DNA from: Octopus vulgaris
Taxonomy: Eukaryota
Direction of reading: 5' to 3'
Assembly: GCA_951406725.2 (NCBI GenBank)
Contig: CATOCA020000001.1
Span: 3,968,001-4,032,000, forward strand
DNA: 64,000 bases
Shown: positions 43,744 through 57,418 of the stretch, piece by piece
Layout of the letters: each line of letters opens with the position of its first letter
How positions within the stretch are numbered: the first letter of the stretch is position 1
The notes under the pieces: model-generated
Database searches by the model: none
Told to the model about the DNA's origin: nothing
What the model saw: the letters and a program-made list of their open reading frames with translations, nothing else
Translations under genes and position numbers: made by a program

Positions 43744-44062
43744 GTGAGTATAAACTAACTGTATCTAATTGACTTCTACAAATTTTACCTCCACCTGAAC
43801 TACATAATTTGTGTGAATAGCGGAGAACAGATTCCATTGATACATTTTATTAGAATGGTTAGCTACAAAGTAATTCTATTCTACTACAAATGCAAGAATA
43901 TCCAATAAATGGGTTTTACGGAAATAGGGAAACATGAGACACAGGAAAAAGATCTCACACGATAAGGAAAAATACAAGAGATAAAATATAAAACCTGAAG
44001 CGGTTCGCTCCCCTTAAGGGGAATATTCACTCTTTCTATCATCTCATTGCCATATTGTCACT

Positions 44063-44116
<54 letters not shown>

Positions 44117-46443
44117 TATGGATGCATCTACAAGCCCATTGATATTACTGATTTAAAATTTAATAAAATGTCCAGCAATGTTGGCGCTGTTGGTAAAATG
44201 GCTAAATTAGAAAACACAACAGACTTCATATTGTCTTTGGAATAAAGGAAAACAATTTGTCGTTTAAAGGTAAAAACAGATGAGATAATGAGAGAGCTTG
44301 TTTGTTGTACATTTTAATAAGTTTCCTAATTGTTGTTGTTGTTGTCGGTCTTTTTTAACAAGGTGACTAAGTTGAAAATTGTTACAAGTGTGAACACCCT
44401 CTCTTTTTTTCACTGATAGTAAATCTATCATTACATCCCCTAAACGTTGTGTTTATCCCAGTAGGAGACTTTGGTCTGCTGCTGAAACAATTGCTCTCTT
44501 TCTCTCTCCTCAAGATTGGGTGCAAGATACAATGCAATCGATTATAGTGTCTTCATCAATGAATTAGATGGGTGGTCACTATCCATGTCCTTATTCAGAT
44601 TTAATGTCCACTTCGATTGCTTGAGAAACACATCTCCCTTAAACATTCCCCATTTTCTATAGTGGTATGTCACCGACCACTTTATAAAGGGTCCTGAGTA
44701 CTTTTTAATGTGGCAATAGCACTAGAAAGAGTTTCATGTGTCCAACATTGAAACTAGAACAACTGCAGATTGCACAAATCCAGTCACTTGGATTATGCTT
44801 GTTATGGGGATGCTTTTATGGGGATCAGCAGATTTATCAGAAGAAATTACTGAAAGAAATCACTTAAGAAGGCATTCGTGGATGACATAAAAATACTAAG
44901 AAGAGATCAGATGTATGTGCAAATAGTTCTGGATAGACTAATTACTCGGTCAAGAATGCAGTTTAAGGCAAATAATTAGCAGTAGAAATTACGCCAAAGA
45001 TCAAAGAGAAACCTGTAAAAGGTTTCGGACACTGGCACGCTACTTCGTCATCTAAAACTAGGAGAGGCATTGAGATTAGCGAAAGATAAATCTAAATTAC
45101 GGGGAGCACTTACAAGATTTCCTGCTTCCCGTTTGATTTATATGCTCGTCTTGCTTATATAATTCTGGAGTTTCATTTCTAATGTAACATTTCAGATATA
45201 TATTCTCAGTGAATCTTGTACCACTCGACACGACTAAAAGTAGAGTAAAGGAACTTGACTAAATACAGAACTGCCAGTGGCAGTTGACAGCGTTGATCGT
45301 CCAAATTGGTTACTCTGCTAGCTTAATACCGTAACTACGTTGGGGTAGTACGGAGTGCGTTCTCTGTGAACATATCAATTCTGCAATAAGGTGTTCTAGA
45401 TAACCATATCCAAATATTATTATTCTAGATAACCATATCCAAATATCTACTGTTCTTACACGCAACGTGTACGTGCGCGCCATAACGTATGTTCATCACA
45501 GTAATCTGAGAATGAGCTGTTAGTGAGGTTTTGTGAAAGTGTATTGTGTTTTATGACAGCTGAAACACTTTCTGTTGGTCTAATCATTGCTTACCATTGT
45601 TTTTAATATATTTCCTGAATCTGATGACCTTCTGAGGAACTGTGATGCCAGGAGTTAAATATTACCAGCGGCAACCTTTAAGAAAGGGAACCGCTCAGTA
45701 TGCATCCTACGGATGATTAGAACTGGTTCCTTCAGTGGTCAGCGTGGTCTAGTGGGCTGAAACACAAATCAGGAAATACAAGATCACAAAGCTATTGACC
45801 AAGGTTCAAATCTTGCTGGAGACAGTATTTTAGAAAGTAGCAGGAGGACACCTAGGAGTTATGAGCTGGGTGTGCCCGGCTCATTAAGAGTGTCATGTAT
45901 AAGGACCGAAACATTTGTGGGATGGGAGTTCTTCCTTGAAGATCTCTCCTGCTGTGTGTTCACTTGAAAGAGCTTCTCTTGTTTTGTTTTCACTCCGTGT
46001 TTATCCTAGTTGAAGTGGTATGTCATGTGTTTGTAGAGAGATATTTGATGACCAGCTTGGTTGAAATCAGAATTAAGGAGAAATTGAGAAGAATATTGGT
46101 TGACCAAAACTGGAAGTAAGAGGAGAATACCGTGTTTTAGATGTGGCACAAATGTAAGAAAGGAAAAAAAGCAGAAGAGACACACAGGGTTGTCAAGTGA
46201 TAATTAAATGAGATAGTTACCACATTGTTAGATTATATAGAAAGAAGAAATTTATGAAGATTAGTCTATTTTGTTGTAGTCATGATATTGAGCTATAGAT
46301 AATATAAGAATGCTAACCAAAGCCACAGTGGTCTCCCATCATGCAGTGATGATAGGTAACTCTTGCTATAATATTCTATAGATTATTAATGCAAATTTAC
46401 ACATTTTACTATAGATTATAACACTTGGAAATATTTTTTTCAG

Positions 46444-46515
46444 GGATTCAGCTGCCACGAAAGCAACACCTTATGAATGTAGCAGAGGAATTAGTTGATG
46501 ACTGGTTTCTAGCTG
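46444..46515 (+). CDS. Death-domain-like exon 1 (helices 1-2)
   Basis: Acceptor ttttttcag, donor gtgagt; (G)IQLPRKQHLMNVAEELVDDWFLA fits the LxxVAxxLGxDWxxL death-domain pattern; phase 1-1. Confidence 0.82.
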
Positions 46516-47831
46516 GTGAGTATAATTGATTTCTGTCAATTTTACCTTCCCTGAGCTATTTTGTTTGTCGGAATTACTGGGAAATTCTTCCATTTATAAT
46601 TTCCCATTGAAAGGTTAGCTGTCAACTAATTTTATCGAAAATATTACGGAAATTTCATAACATATTCCTCGATGTTAGTATAATTGGTTAAATGGATAAA
46701 GTAGAAGACACAATGGAAATAATATTCTTTTGAAACAGGGAACTAAAATATTTCGTTGTGTAGGATGAAACAGGTGAGTTAATGACAAAGATTTTGATGT
46801 TTTTATGTTTTTGCTAAATTTAATGTTGTTTAACCAAATGTCTGTCGCAATCCGATAGATTTGTAAAATGCTTTCCACATGTGACAATCCCGATATGTTC
46901 CTGGCAGAATGTAATCAAATATGCCTTTTAAAACATGATAGCTTGTCCTTTTAATACAATTTAGCTGTTATACCTACCGGTTGAAGCATCCACATGCCTC
47001 ATTGGGTCATTGTTCACTCCCAGGTGTGACAGGATTGTGGTGGGCTTGATCTGTACTTATTTTAAGCATTTGTAATCCATGTTCCACACATAATTTGTTT
47101 TAGGTTGATAGACAAGTGTTACTTCTAGATTGTTTATTGTACTGTCTTCAGAAAAAAATATCAAGTATTATTTTGGAGTTCTAAATAAGTTTTTATTAAC
47201 CTCTCGGAGACTTACTGACACCCTACTCTATTTTACCATCCCTTTTCAAACTCAACTTTTCCCTGTCATCTCAGTATTAGATCCCCTATAACATGTGATG
47301 TGTACCAAAGTGTATTATATGTTGCGCTTTGTGTCATTGAGGTCAATCGGGTATTTTGTCTATTTGTATTTTAATTATCTGAGGTGTACCTAATATGACT
47401 GATATTGTTTGATATACTAGTCCCCACTTTCTACATATTTCTAAATTTTGAAACTTTATAATTATTAATTAGCCAGAGGAGATCAGTTAGTGTGACTGCT
47501 TCTTCTCTCTGATGGTCGTTCAGGCTCTCATACACTTTGGCCTACACAAACCCTTCTACCATTTGTTTACCATAAATTTTCTCAATTATTAATTTTCAAA
47601 TTTATTTTTAATTTCTTTTCCATCGTCATCCTTTATTATTCATTTATTCCAGCTTCTCCGATATTCTTCTCAACATCCTTAGAAATAGACAACAATGTCG
47701 AATATGAATCCTAATTATTTTTACTTCTCCACTGATGTCGTTTCTTTAGTAAATTTATAACAACCTTCAGTACTCATCGTTTATATTATTGTTAATGTTG
47801 TTGCAGTCATTTCTTGTTGTTTCTTTTGCAG

Positions 47832-48040
47832 GTATTTTGTTAGAAATAAAATCTACCAAGCTGTATATTCTCAACCGTAACATTCGTAATGACGTTGTAA
47901 AACGGAACTATGAGATGTTGTGTGAATGGTTTATGACTTGTGATCCAAAGAGATGTACATTCGATACATTGAAAGACGTCCTTAAAGAGATAGACTGTTA
48001 TGGTGCGCTTGAATGTCTACCACGAGGCGTAATAAAGTGA
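47832..48040 (+). CDS. Death-domain-like terminal exon
   Basis: Acceptor ttcttttgcag; (G)ILLEIKSTKLYILNRNIRNDVVKRNYEMLCEWFMTCDPKRCTFDTLKDVLKEIDCYGALECLPRGVIK*; EMLxxW and TxxxLxxVL death-fold pattern. Confidence 0.85.
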
Positions 48041-48282
48041 ATTTTTGTGTAAATCTTGCTGCTTGACCACACAAAGACTTATGATGAAATGCATTCCAGT
48101 CAGGACCCTCTTCTCTTTATTCTACATATAGAAAAACCAAGTACAACATTGTCCAACATGTCCTACTTTAAGGTGACGATGTATGAATTTAGGATTTGGC
48201 TGCTAATTTTAGTAAATCCACTTTACCACATACAATATCCCTTGCTGGTTTGACTCCACTGTTGTTAGAGATTAGCATTTGA

Positions 48283-48288
48283 AATAAA
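48283..48288 (+). terminator. Polyadenylation signal of the ankyrin-RING-DD gene
   Basis: AATAAA about 240 nt after the stop codon, followed by a GT/T-rich tract at about 48305-48325. Confidence 0.6.
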
Positions 48289-48428
48289 GATAAACCTTCA
48301 AATTTTCGTTTGTTCTTGTTGCTGTATATCTAAGCACCTCCCTAAACGCTTTCATTTTGTTTTATAGTCAGATTTCACATCCTCTGGTATGTTGATAGTC
48401 ATCTACCTTCTTTTATAGCTCAGAGAAT

Positions 48429-48463
<35 letters not shown>

Positions 48464-48466
<3 letters not shown>

Positions 48467-49209
48467 AACATGACTCCCATTATAGATGGATTTAAAGGAC
48501 AATCGTACATGGTACCATAAAAATATATAAGTACACAGACATTTAAAAAAAAATATCTATAAATAAATATATTAAAAATATGTGTAAATTAATAGATTTT
48601 TAAAGAATCTCCGGATGCAGGCAAAAGAACGTTAAAACATGCATATACGGGTAAAAATATTGGAGAAAGTCTGAAGAGATTATGGAAGCAAACTAAAAGA
48701 TACAGTGAGGAACGAGGTTAAAATTCGGAATTTTTTAATTAGTTAAAACAGGGTACCAACAGCAATTTCTTTGGGTTCATTACAGGGAAAATAGTAATCA
48801 TCATTTGGCAATTCCACCTTCTTCAGAGTAACAGGCTTTCCAAGATGAATGACCAAGAAGGAGGAATTACCAAATAATGGGTACTATATTCCTTTATTTT
48901 TCCCTGCAATGAACCCCCAGAAACGGCTGTCGGTACCCTATTCTAACCATCCCGAATTTTATCCTCGTTTCTCATTGTATCTTTTAGTTCACTTCCATCA
49001 CCACTTCAGATTTTCTCCAATATTTTCACCTATATATGCATATTTTAACTATTTTGTGTCTGCATCTGGAGATTTTTTAAAATCTATTAATTTGCACATA
49101 TTTTTAATATATTCATTTATAGATTTTAAAAAATATGTCTGTGTATATATTTTCATTGTATCGTGTACGATTGTCCTTCAAATTCATCTCTAATCGGAGT
49201 CATGTTTGC
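48464..49209. mobile_element. Diverged foldback element (about 360-bp arms)
   Basis: Ends GCAAACATGACTCC / GGAGTCATGTTTGC; arms remain complementary to a short loop near 48824-48855. Confidence 0.8.
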
Positions 49210-49280
49210 CGATTGAATTACCAGGTCTTCTGTTTCTTCACATTACATCCTCACGCACACACACACATACACATACATAT

Positions 49281-49578
<298 letters not shown>

Positions 49579-49619
49579 AAATGCAAAGTAACGAATGGAT
49601 TAGATACAATCTGAATTAC

Positions 49620-49890
49620 ATATGTCTCATAGGGAAACGAACCTCAGAAGTGGTAAATATCCGAGTAAAATATATACCGCAGGTTATTCTTAAGTTCAAG
49701 GATATCTTGATTAAATGAAGTTTACATTGGCGTTAGGAGGCACCTGTTAACACACGGAAAATTGTGCCTCCTAGCGACAAAGTAAACTTCATTTAATCAA
49801 GATACCTTTGGTTTCACGATCAGCCTGTTGTACACGCCTTGCTTGGATATCTACCACTTCCGATGTTCTGTTTGCTACGACTTATAATTA
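49620..49890. mobile_element. Small foldback/hairpin element
   Basis: Core 49701-49743 pairs with 49764-49806; weaker pairing extends outward. Confidence 0.65.
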
Positions 49891-50554
49891 GCTCGGATAT
49901 TATCTGCTCTGTTACTTCTGAATTTACATTTTCACATACGTAAAACCTGGCTGCCTACCATGGACTATAGATTAATTTTTTCAGCTAATCCTACTTTGAG
50001 AGGAGACAAATTTACAACATACCGCACTAATAAACGACTATTGTTCCTGGAAGTTGTTTATATTTACTACCGATTGCTTGAGCTAACTTTCTTCCTACAC
50101 CTCGGTCCTCGGATCTTATATTTATATATAACTAGCTGGGCCCCGTGCCATCAAAAATGACGGCTAATTGTAGTATTTTATATATAAATAACGTACACTA
50201 TCAAGATTTTGGTTTAATAATGCTTTTATAACTAAATTTTTTCTGAAAGTTCTATCTGCAATTAACATCCTTTGACCGCAGTTTGTTTTTCGTTTTCAGC
50301 GTTGAATGTTAAACATCTCAATTCCATTGGGTGCGCACACGCATACACACACAAACACACGCACACACATTCACATGCCCTCTTTTACATACACACGCAC
50401 ATATATTCACACAGATTTGAAACGCTGCTTGTTTTATTTTTTCCTCGTACGATTTTCATCATCCCACCACCAAATATGACATCACCCCTTCCTTCCTTAT
50501 TCATCTATCACCCCTTCCTTTCTCATTCATAAACACAAAAGTGTTATTATAGTA

Positions 50555-50867
50555 TTGGGTTGGCAACTAAGTTCCCACCGTTTTTTTTTAAATTTAAAAT
50601 GTTTAAAAGGTTTAATAAAAAATAACAACTAATTAATGAATAATGTATTCACCCTTGTTTTTTACAACTTCTTCCCAACGTTCAACAAGATTTTCAATAC
50701 CTTGTTGGTAGAGATCACCCAATTTCGACTCGAAAAATTCATCCAACCAAGCTCTTAATTCTGCATCAGTATTGAACGAAACTCTGCGCATAGCATTTGA
50801 AAGAGATCGAAAGAGGTGGAAATCCGTTGGTGCCAAATCAGGAGAGTACAGCGGGTGTGGCAGCTCT
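50555..50867 (-). mobile_element. Mariner 3' end fragment with TIR
   Basis: TA + TTGGGTTGGCAACTAAG terminus; LPHPLYSPDLAPTDFHLFRSL...RWEEVVKNKGEYI* on the minus strand. Confidence 0.92.
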
Positions 50868-51505
50868 TGAGAGTTCGGGTTCGGGAATATTAATCCGATT
50901 CCCTTTCGATGCGAGGCCAGCCGCGCGCGTTCGTTTCGTTTCATTCGACGGATCCGGCGCTTTTCGTGGAAGCTTTCACCCGCTTCTTACGACCGACTGA
51001 CCCGTGCTCAACCGCCGTTGGGAAGGAACCCTTCTCCACTACGGTCTTCGAAGGTCTCGTTCGAATATTTGCTATTATCACCGAGATCTGCACCCACAGT
51101 CGGCATTACCTTCCTACTCGATCGGGCATCGGAAAGTCGCCTCACCGGTGATCGCGCAACCTGTCGACATGCCGCCCCGGCATCGGTCGCTCTTTCCAGC
51201 GCCATCCATTTTCGGGGCCGGTCGATTCGGCAGGTAAGTTGTTACACACACCTGAGCGGATTCGGACTTCCGTGGCCATCGTCTTGCTGTCTATATCGAC
51301 CGACACCCTTTTGGGAATCTAATGGGCGAAGCGTAGGGCACCTCAGCCGTTCGGTTCATCTCTCATCATCAGTTCTGCTTACCAAAAGTGATCTTTCGCT
51401 TCTACACCCGGTTCCGACGATCGATTTCTATGTCAGAGGCGCTTCGAACTTCCACCAGAGTTTCCTCTGGCTTCATCCCGACCGGGCGTGGATCGCCATC
51501 TTTCG
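50868..51505 (-). pseudogene. 28S rRNA gene fragment (dispersed pseudogene) with internal deletion
   Basis: Reverse complements of conserved LSU blocks: gggttcgggaatattaatccgattccctttcg, gaccgactgaccc, cagcgccatccattttc, cagttctgcttaccaaaagtg, ccaccagagtttcctctggcttc; GC-rich island. Confidence 0.9.
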
Positions 51506-51640
51506 CCTGCTACACATAAGTGGGAGGTGAATATTGCAAAAACGAAACAAAAGAATCTAAAATCTTTGGAAATACTGAAGTCATAATTTCCATTGCATAA
51601 AACAGAGGAATATTAAACAAATATAGCGACCAAGAAACTA

Positions 51641-52325
<685 letters not shown>

Positions 52326-52667
52326 TTTCTTTTCTCTTTTATCAGAGGTAATCAATTCTTTAAGTTTCTCACTCTTTTCCATTCTTTTCTCCTCAAATTC
52401 CAGTTAAAATATTTCTCTTGTCTTATTCTTATTACTTAATTCCTTACAAATACTTCTGCTGCTGTATTCCTGTCCACTGTTACCTTTTTCTAGCAGCAAT
52501 TACATAAATTTATCCAAGTTTCATCAGCAGAGGGGCTCCTCTTTTAGACACTCCAGTCAGTGATGTTCACAAACTTGGCTAATAGTATTATTTCAGAGCA
52601 AATGTTTCACAGCAATTCTACAACAGATTTGTAGAAACAATGTTATACATCTGTTTTTGCATAATAT

Positions 52668-52946
52668 AAAAACACCATCCGAGCGTGGCCGTCTGCCAGC
52701 CTCGTCTGGCACCTGTGTCGGTGGCACATAAAAAACACCATCCGAGCGTGGCCGTTCACCAGCCTCGTCTGGCACCTGTGTCGGTGGCACATAAAATCAC
52801 CCACTACACTCTCGGAGTGGTTGGCGTTAGGAAGGGCATCCAGCTGTAGAAACACTGCCAGATCTGACTGGCCTGGTGCAGCCTTCGGGCTCCCCAGACT
52901 CCAGTTGAACCGTCCAACCCATGCTAGCATGGAAAGCGGACGTTAA

Positions 52947-52983
<37 letters not shown>
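52668..52983 (+). mobile_element. RTE-related SINE/3' UTR with internal ~62-bp tandem duplication and (GAT)n tail
   Basis: ggagtggttggcgttaggaagggcatccagctgtagaaac...catgctagcatggaaagcggacgttaaa(tga)n; shares its terminus with the RTE at 27551. Confidence 0.85.
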
Positions 52984-52987
<4 letters not shown>

Positions 52988-53214
52988 GCTTTAGTCTTTA
53001 AAAAATGGTAAATATTCAGTATGTTTCCTTTGTTATGTCAATGTCAGCTGATGTTCTGAAACAACAGTGTCAGGTTTAGAGGCTATGTAAAAAATACAGA
53101 TTCAGTTCTATTGAGATAAACTGTAGAAATCAACAGTTAACAGAATATTTTATAAAAAATTACATCACAGAATCTTGCGTGAAGCTTACGTTTCCACACA
53201 TATCCATACAGCGT

Positions 53215-53268
<54 letters not shown>

Positions 53269-53378
53269 GCATCTACATACATATGTGTATATGTCTATAT
53301 ATATTTATACATGTTTGTGTCTGTGTGTGAATATATTTCCTGCATGCACAGATCTTGTTCTGTTTGTCTGTGTATCTA

Positions 53379-54621
53379 CAGGGGTTGGACAAAATAATGG
53401 AATTCCCTACCATCATAATTTTGAAATATCTATAAAAAACATCAAAAGCTTGTTTATTTGCATATATTTTTATTTAGTATTAGGGTTGCTTAACATGTTT
53501 TGCTAAAATTACTGTTTCTTTTCAGATATCATCAGGAAAGGTAATTAAAATTCATTAAAATGACAGATCTGTTGGCCTTTCAAAGAAGTCAAATTGTCGG
53601 TGTTTTTATGGCAGGCGCTAGTGTAACGAAAATAGCTGAAATTGTTGGTGTATCAAGAAGTATTGTCTCAAAAGTAATGACAGCCTTTGAGAAAGAGGGA
53701 AAAAACCTCCTCATCGAATCAAAACTTCAGATGAAAACCAAAACTTTCAGATAGGGACCATCAGACTCTTATGTATATTGTTAGAAGGGATCACAAAAGT
53801 ACAGTTCCCAAAATTACTGCAGATCTTAATGACCACCTTGAGAACCCAATTTCCACCAAAACTATTTTCCAGGAGCTGCACAAAGCCGGATTTCATGGGA
53901 GGGATGCAATCAGAAATTCACTACTTTCACAATCAAATGTTGCAAAGTATTTAGAGTAGAGAATTGGTCCCTAAAGCAGTAGAAGAATGATATTTTCTTG
54001 GACGAGTCATCCGTTACCTTATCTCTGACTACCAGCTGAGTATACGTGTGGAGACAGTGAAAAGAAGCATTTGACACAGACTGCCTTCTTCCAACTGTTA
54101 AGCATGGAGGGGGATCTGAGATGATCTGGGGGTAGGGGCTATATCTTGGAAATTTGCCGGCCCAATGGCTTGTCTTAATGGCAGAATTAATAGTTAAGGT
54201 TATTTAAGCATTTTATCTGATCAAATACATCTTATGGTTGCTGAACTGTTTCCGGGGGGGGGGGGGGGCACAATCTTTCAAGATGATAGTGTACCAATTC
54301 ACACAGCTAAAGTTGTTACTGAATGGCGCAAGGACCATTCTAGTGAAGTTGAACATCTTATTTGGCCAACACAGTTCCCAGATCTCAATAATATTGAACA
54401 TTTATGGTGCACTTTAGAAAAACAAGTAAAGGGTCGATATCCTCCACAATCATCACTGCAAGAACTGGAGACTGTTTTAGCTGAAGAAACAATTCAAATT
54501 TTGTACGAATCCATACCTCGTAGAATTTAAGCTTTAATTACTGCCAAAGGTGGTCCAACCCCATTTTAAAATAAATTTATTTGAAATTTTAAGGTGTTTC
54601 CATTATTTTGTCCAACCCATG
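53379..54621 (+). mobile_element. Full-length Tc1-like transposon, defective
   Basis: TIRs CAGGGGTTGGACAAAATAATGGAA / TTCCATTATTTTGTCCAACCCATG with TA flanks; ATG at 53560; DES, FQDDSVPIH, WPTQFPDLNNIEHLW (DD34E); many stops and frameshifts. Confidence 0.93.
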
Positions 54622-54641
54622 TACATGTGTGTATATACATA

Positions 54642-55012
54642 TAGGCACAGTCGTGGCTGTGTGGTAAGAAGCTTACTTCCCAATCACATGATACTGGGTT
54701 CAGTACCACTGTGTGGCACTTTGGATAAGTGACTACTACTATAGCCTCATGCTTTGTGAGTAGATATGGTAGACGGAAACTGAAAGAAGCACATCATATA
54801 TATACATATATATGTATGTATGCATCTGTATTTGTCCTACCACATGTGTCGTTGTGTTTACCTCTGTGTAACTTAGCAGTTCAACAAGAGACCGATAAAA
54901 TATATACTAAGCTTAAATAGCAAGTCCTGGTGTTGATTTGTTTAACTAAAAATCCTTCAAGCGGGTGCTCCAGCATGGCCGTAGTCAAAAGAGAGTAACA
55001 AATGAAAGAATA
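54642..55012 (+). mobile_element. tRNA-derived SINE
   Basis: A/B-box-like head tggctgtgtggtaagaagct...gggttcagtacc, body ggtagacggaaactgaaagaagc, tail gtgctccagcatggcc. Confidence 0.75.
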
Positions 55013-55286
55013 TATATAAATTTCTACATGTTAAATCTAATTGCATTTTGGATATACGCTCTTCTACTTTCTCACTGGAAATGTCATCCCTATATATTGC
55101 ACAAATCTAATTCTTTTCCCCCAATATATTGCACTTCATATTCCCTGGATCCAATAAAGCTGTAGGATGTTATCCAGGCACTCAACTAGGAGTCCACTGC
55201 ATCTTATAGCAGAAATGGCAGTAAGATATTGAAGTCCAAAACATATCCATCTTTTCCTTCTGTCATCCTTCTCGGATATAAATATA

Positions 55287-55886
55287 AATATAAAGTAATA
55301 GTTTGTTGCCAAACTTAATGTGACTGTCCCAGGGAGGGGAAGAATGCCACTGCTATTTAACCCCAGGAAACATCGTTTCCACTTGGCTACGTGACACAAG
55401 TATTCTGTGTCCTTAAGTTTTCAAATAGGGTAGACAAACACTCCCTCCCACCAAAGCCAGCACCCGGAGACTGGTTTCAGAATTTTTGCACTTCATCAGT
55501 CTGGAGTAGCTTGGCTTTGCTAGCTGTCGATGTTTATTTGCCTTTGAAAATTTGAAGAATTTCACGTGAAATAAATTCACTGATCAATAAAATTAAAAAT
55601 ATTGCATTTCCAAATCTCTCAGAGAAACTTATACAGTAGCAGCACAATAAAGTGATGGTTTGTTGCCAACTTAATGTGGCAGTCCCAGGGAGGGGAAGAA
55701 TGCTACTGCTACACAAGAAACATCGTTTCCACTTGACTACGTGACAAAAGCGTTCTGTGTCCTCAAGTTTTCAAACAAGGGAGAGAAGCACCTTCACCTA
55801 GCAACGCCAGCACCCAGAGTTATTGCTCTTCATCAGTCCTGAGTAGCTTGGCTTGCCAGCTGTTGATGCATATTCGCCTTTGAAAA
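55287..55886 (-). repeat. Two diverged direct repeats (about 250 bp, period about 360 bp), each with a hammerhead-like core
   Basis: 55287-55550 aligns with 55646-55886. Confidence 0.8.
55463..55505 (-). ncRNA. Minimal type I hammerhead ribozyme-like motif (degenerate)
   Basis: Minus strand tccaga CTGATGA agtg-caaaaa-ttct GAAA ccaGTC tccggg; stem I flanks pair with one mismatch. Confidence 0.6.
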
Positions 55887-55897
55887 CTTATAGAATT

Positions 55898-55937
<40 letters not shown>

Positions 55938-56201
55938 TTTTTTAATGCTTTTACCCCCATACCTTCGTGAGTTGGTTTGAGCAAACACTATCTGAGAGAG
56001 ATTTTCTTTAAGTATTAGAAGTAGCTGAAAAAAATTTTTTTAGCTGCTATTTCTAATGAGTTCAGTATGTGGCAAAGTAATTTATTTTACTAAGCCCTTT
56101 TATATAATGTAATATTTTGAATTCGCCTTAAATGGTCCCTTTACATACTGAATACTTGGTGAAATTGATTAATAGTTAATTAATTTTACCCTCAATTGTT
56201 G

Positions 56202-56249
<48 letters not shown>

Positions 56250-57418
56250 GCACCTTTAAGTTTCCATCCAGCAGATCTTCTAAGAAAACTTTCCCCAGAA
56301 GTAGAAGTCACTAGTTCAAATCACCATGTGGTGGAGTGGAACCCATGATCATAGATTTGGAAGGCAAACATCTTAAGCACACGGCCATCTAATCTAATTA
56401 AACAGAAATATTCTACTAATCTTTAAATTTTCAGAAATCAATTATTTAACACAAATTGAAACATGTTTGGATGAGTGTATATAAAATAGAATTCATCTGG
56501 ATTTACATATTATAACAACAGTCTCTGTTTGTGTTTACGAATCATGGCAGGTGGAATTTCGAAAGAAAAGTCTCATACCTCAAAGCAAAGGAGAAGATAT
56601 TTTTTTAACCATCACCATTTAATGTCCATTGTCCATGCTAGCATGAATTGAATGCAGCATCAGCTGCCACGCCGAGGAAGAGGGGAGACTCCAGTCTGAT
56701 TTGGTAAGATTTCTACCGTCGGATGCCCTTCCTAATGCCAACCACTTTACAGAGTGTGCTGAATGTTCTCATGTGTCCCCACATGGGCAATTTACGTGAC
56801 ACCACACATATGCTTTTACATGAACCACACGAAGCACGTTTACATGTTGCTGCACTGGTGCTATTACCTATCTCCACACAGAGACTTCAACATGGTACCA
56901 CCACGGGTACTTTACACAACCAGGTGTATTAGTTTGACGCACGGGAAGGTGATAAATTCTTTTACATTTCGAGCCTACGCTGTTCAACAAGGAATTAAAC
57001 AGAGAGAGAATTAAAAAAATACTTGTGGAATTAGCGGTCATGCTAGCAATATTGTCCGCTATCAGGGCCACGCTGCATCCCTATATACAATATATATGGT
57101 TAGCAGGGTGAGAGAAGCCCAACCATCCACTGGGGTTAAAGAAGTAGTAACATGGAACAGACATCTTCACGTGGCTAATGACTTCCCCCCTTGTCTCTAT
57201 CGTTTCGACTTTGCTCTCTTCTCGAGATTTTACGACCAGCTTTCTTGCGTGTTGCAAATCAGTGACCGATAGTTACTTTGTTTACGATATATGACTAGTG
57301 GGAGCGAACCACGGCTATAGCTCTGGCGGTCAGCTACTCGCGACTGAGGATGAATGAAGCAACTCGAAACTGAGTCAGTCTAACGATCCTGTATCTGCTA
57401 GGGGATAGTAGGGAGTCG

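Larger units (their letters stand above)
41731..44376. repeat. Three tandem copies of a ~0.85-0.9 kb unit, each carrying a micro-exon
   Basis: Units start gaaggtcagtctatttagtagtagacc at 41731, 42584 and 43486; near identical apart from internal (CT)n length and a few substitutions. Confidence 0.95.

Noticed and set aside
50868-51505. Functional rRNA gene, and ORFs 50909-51530
   Set aside because: Short, internally deleted fragment with no 18S/5.8S context; ORFs are by-products of high GC
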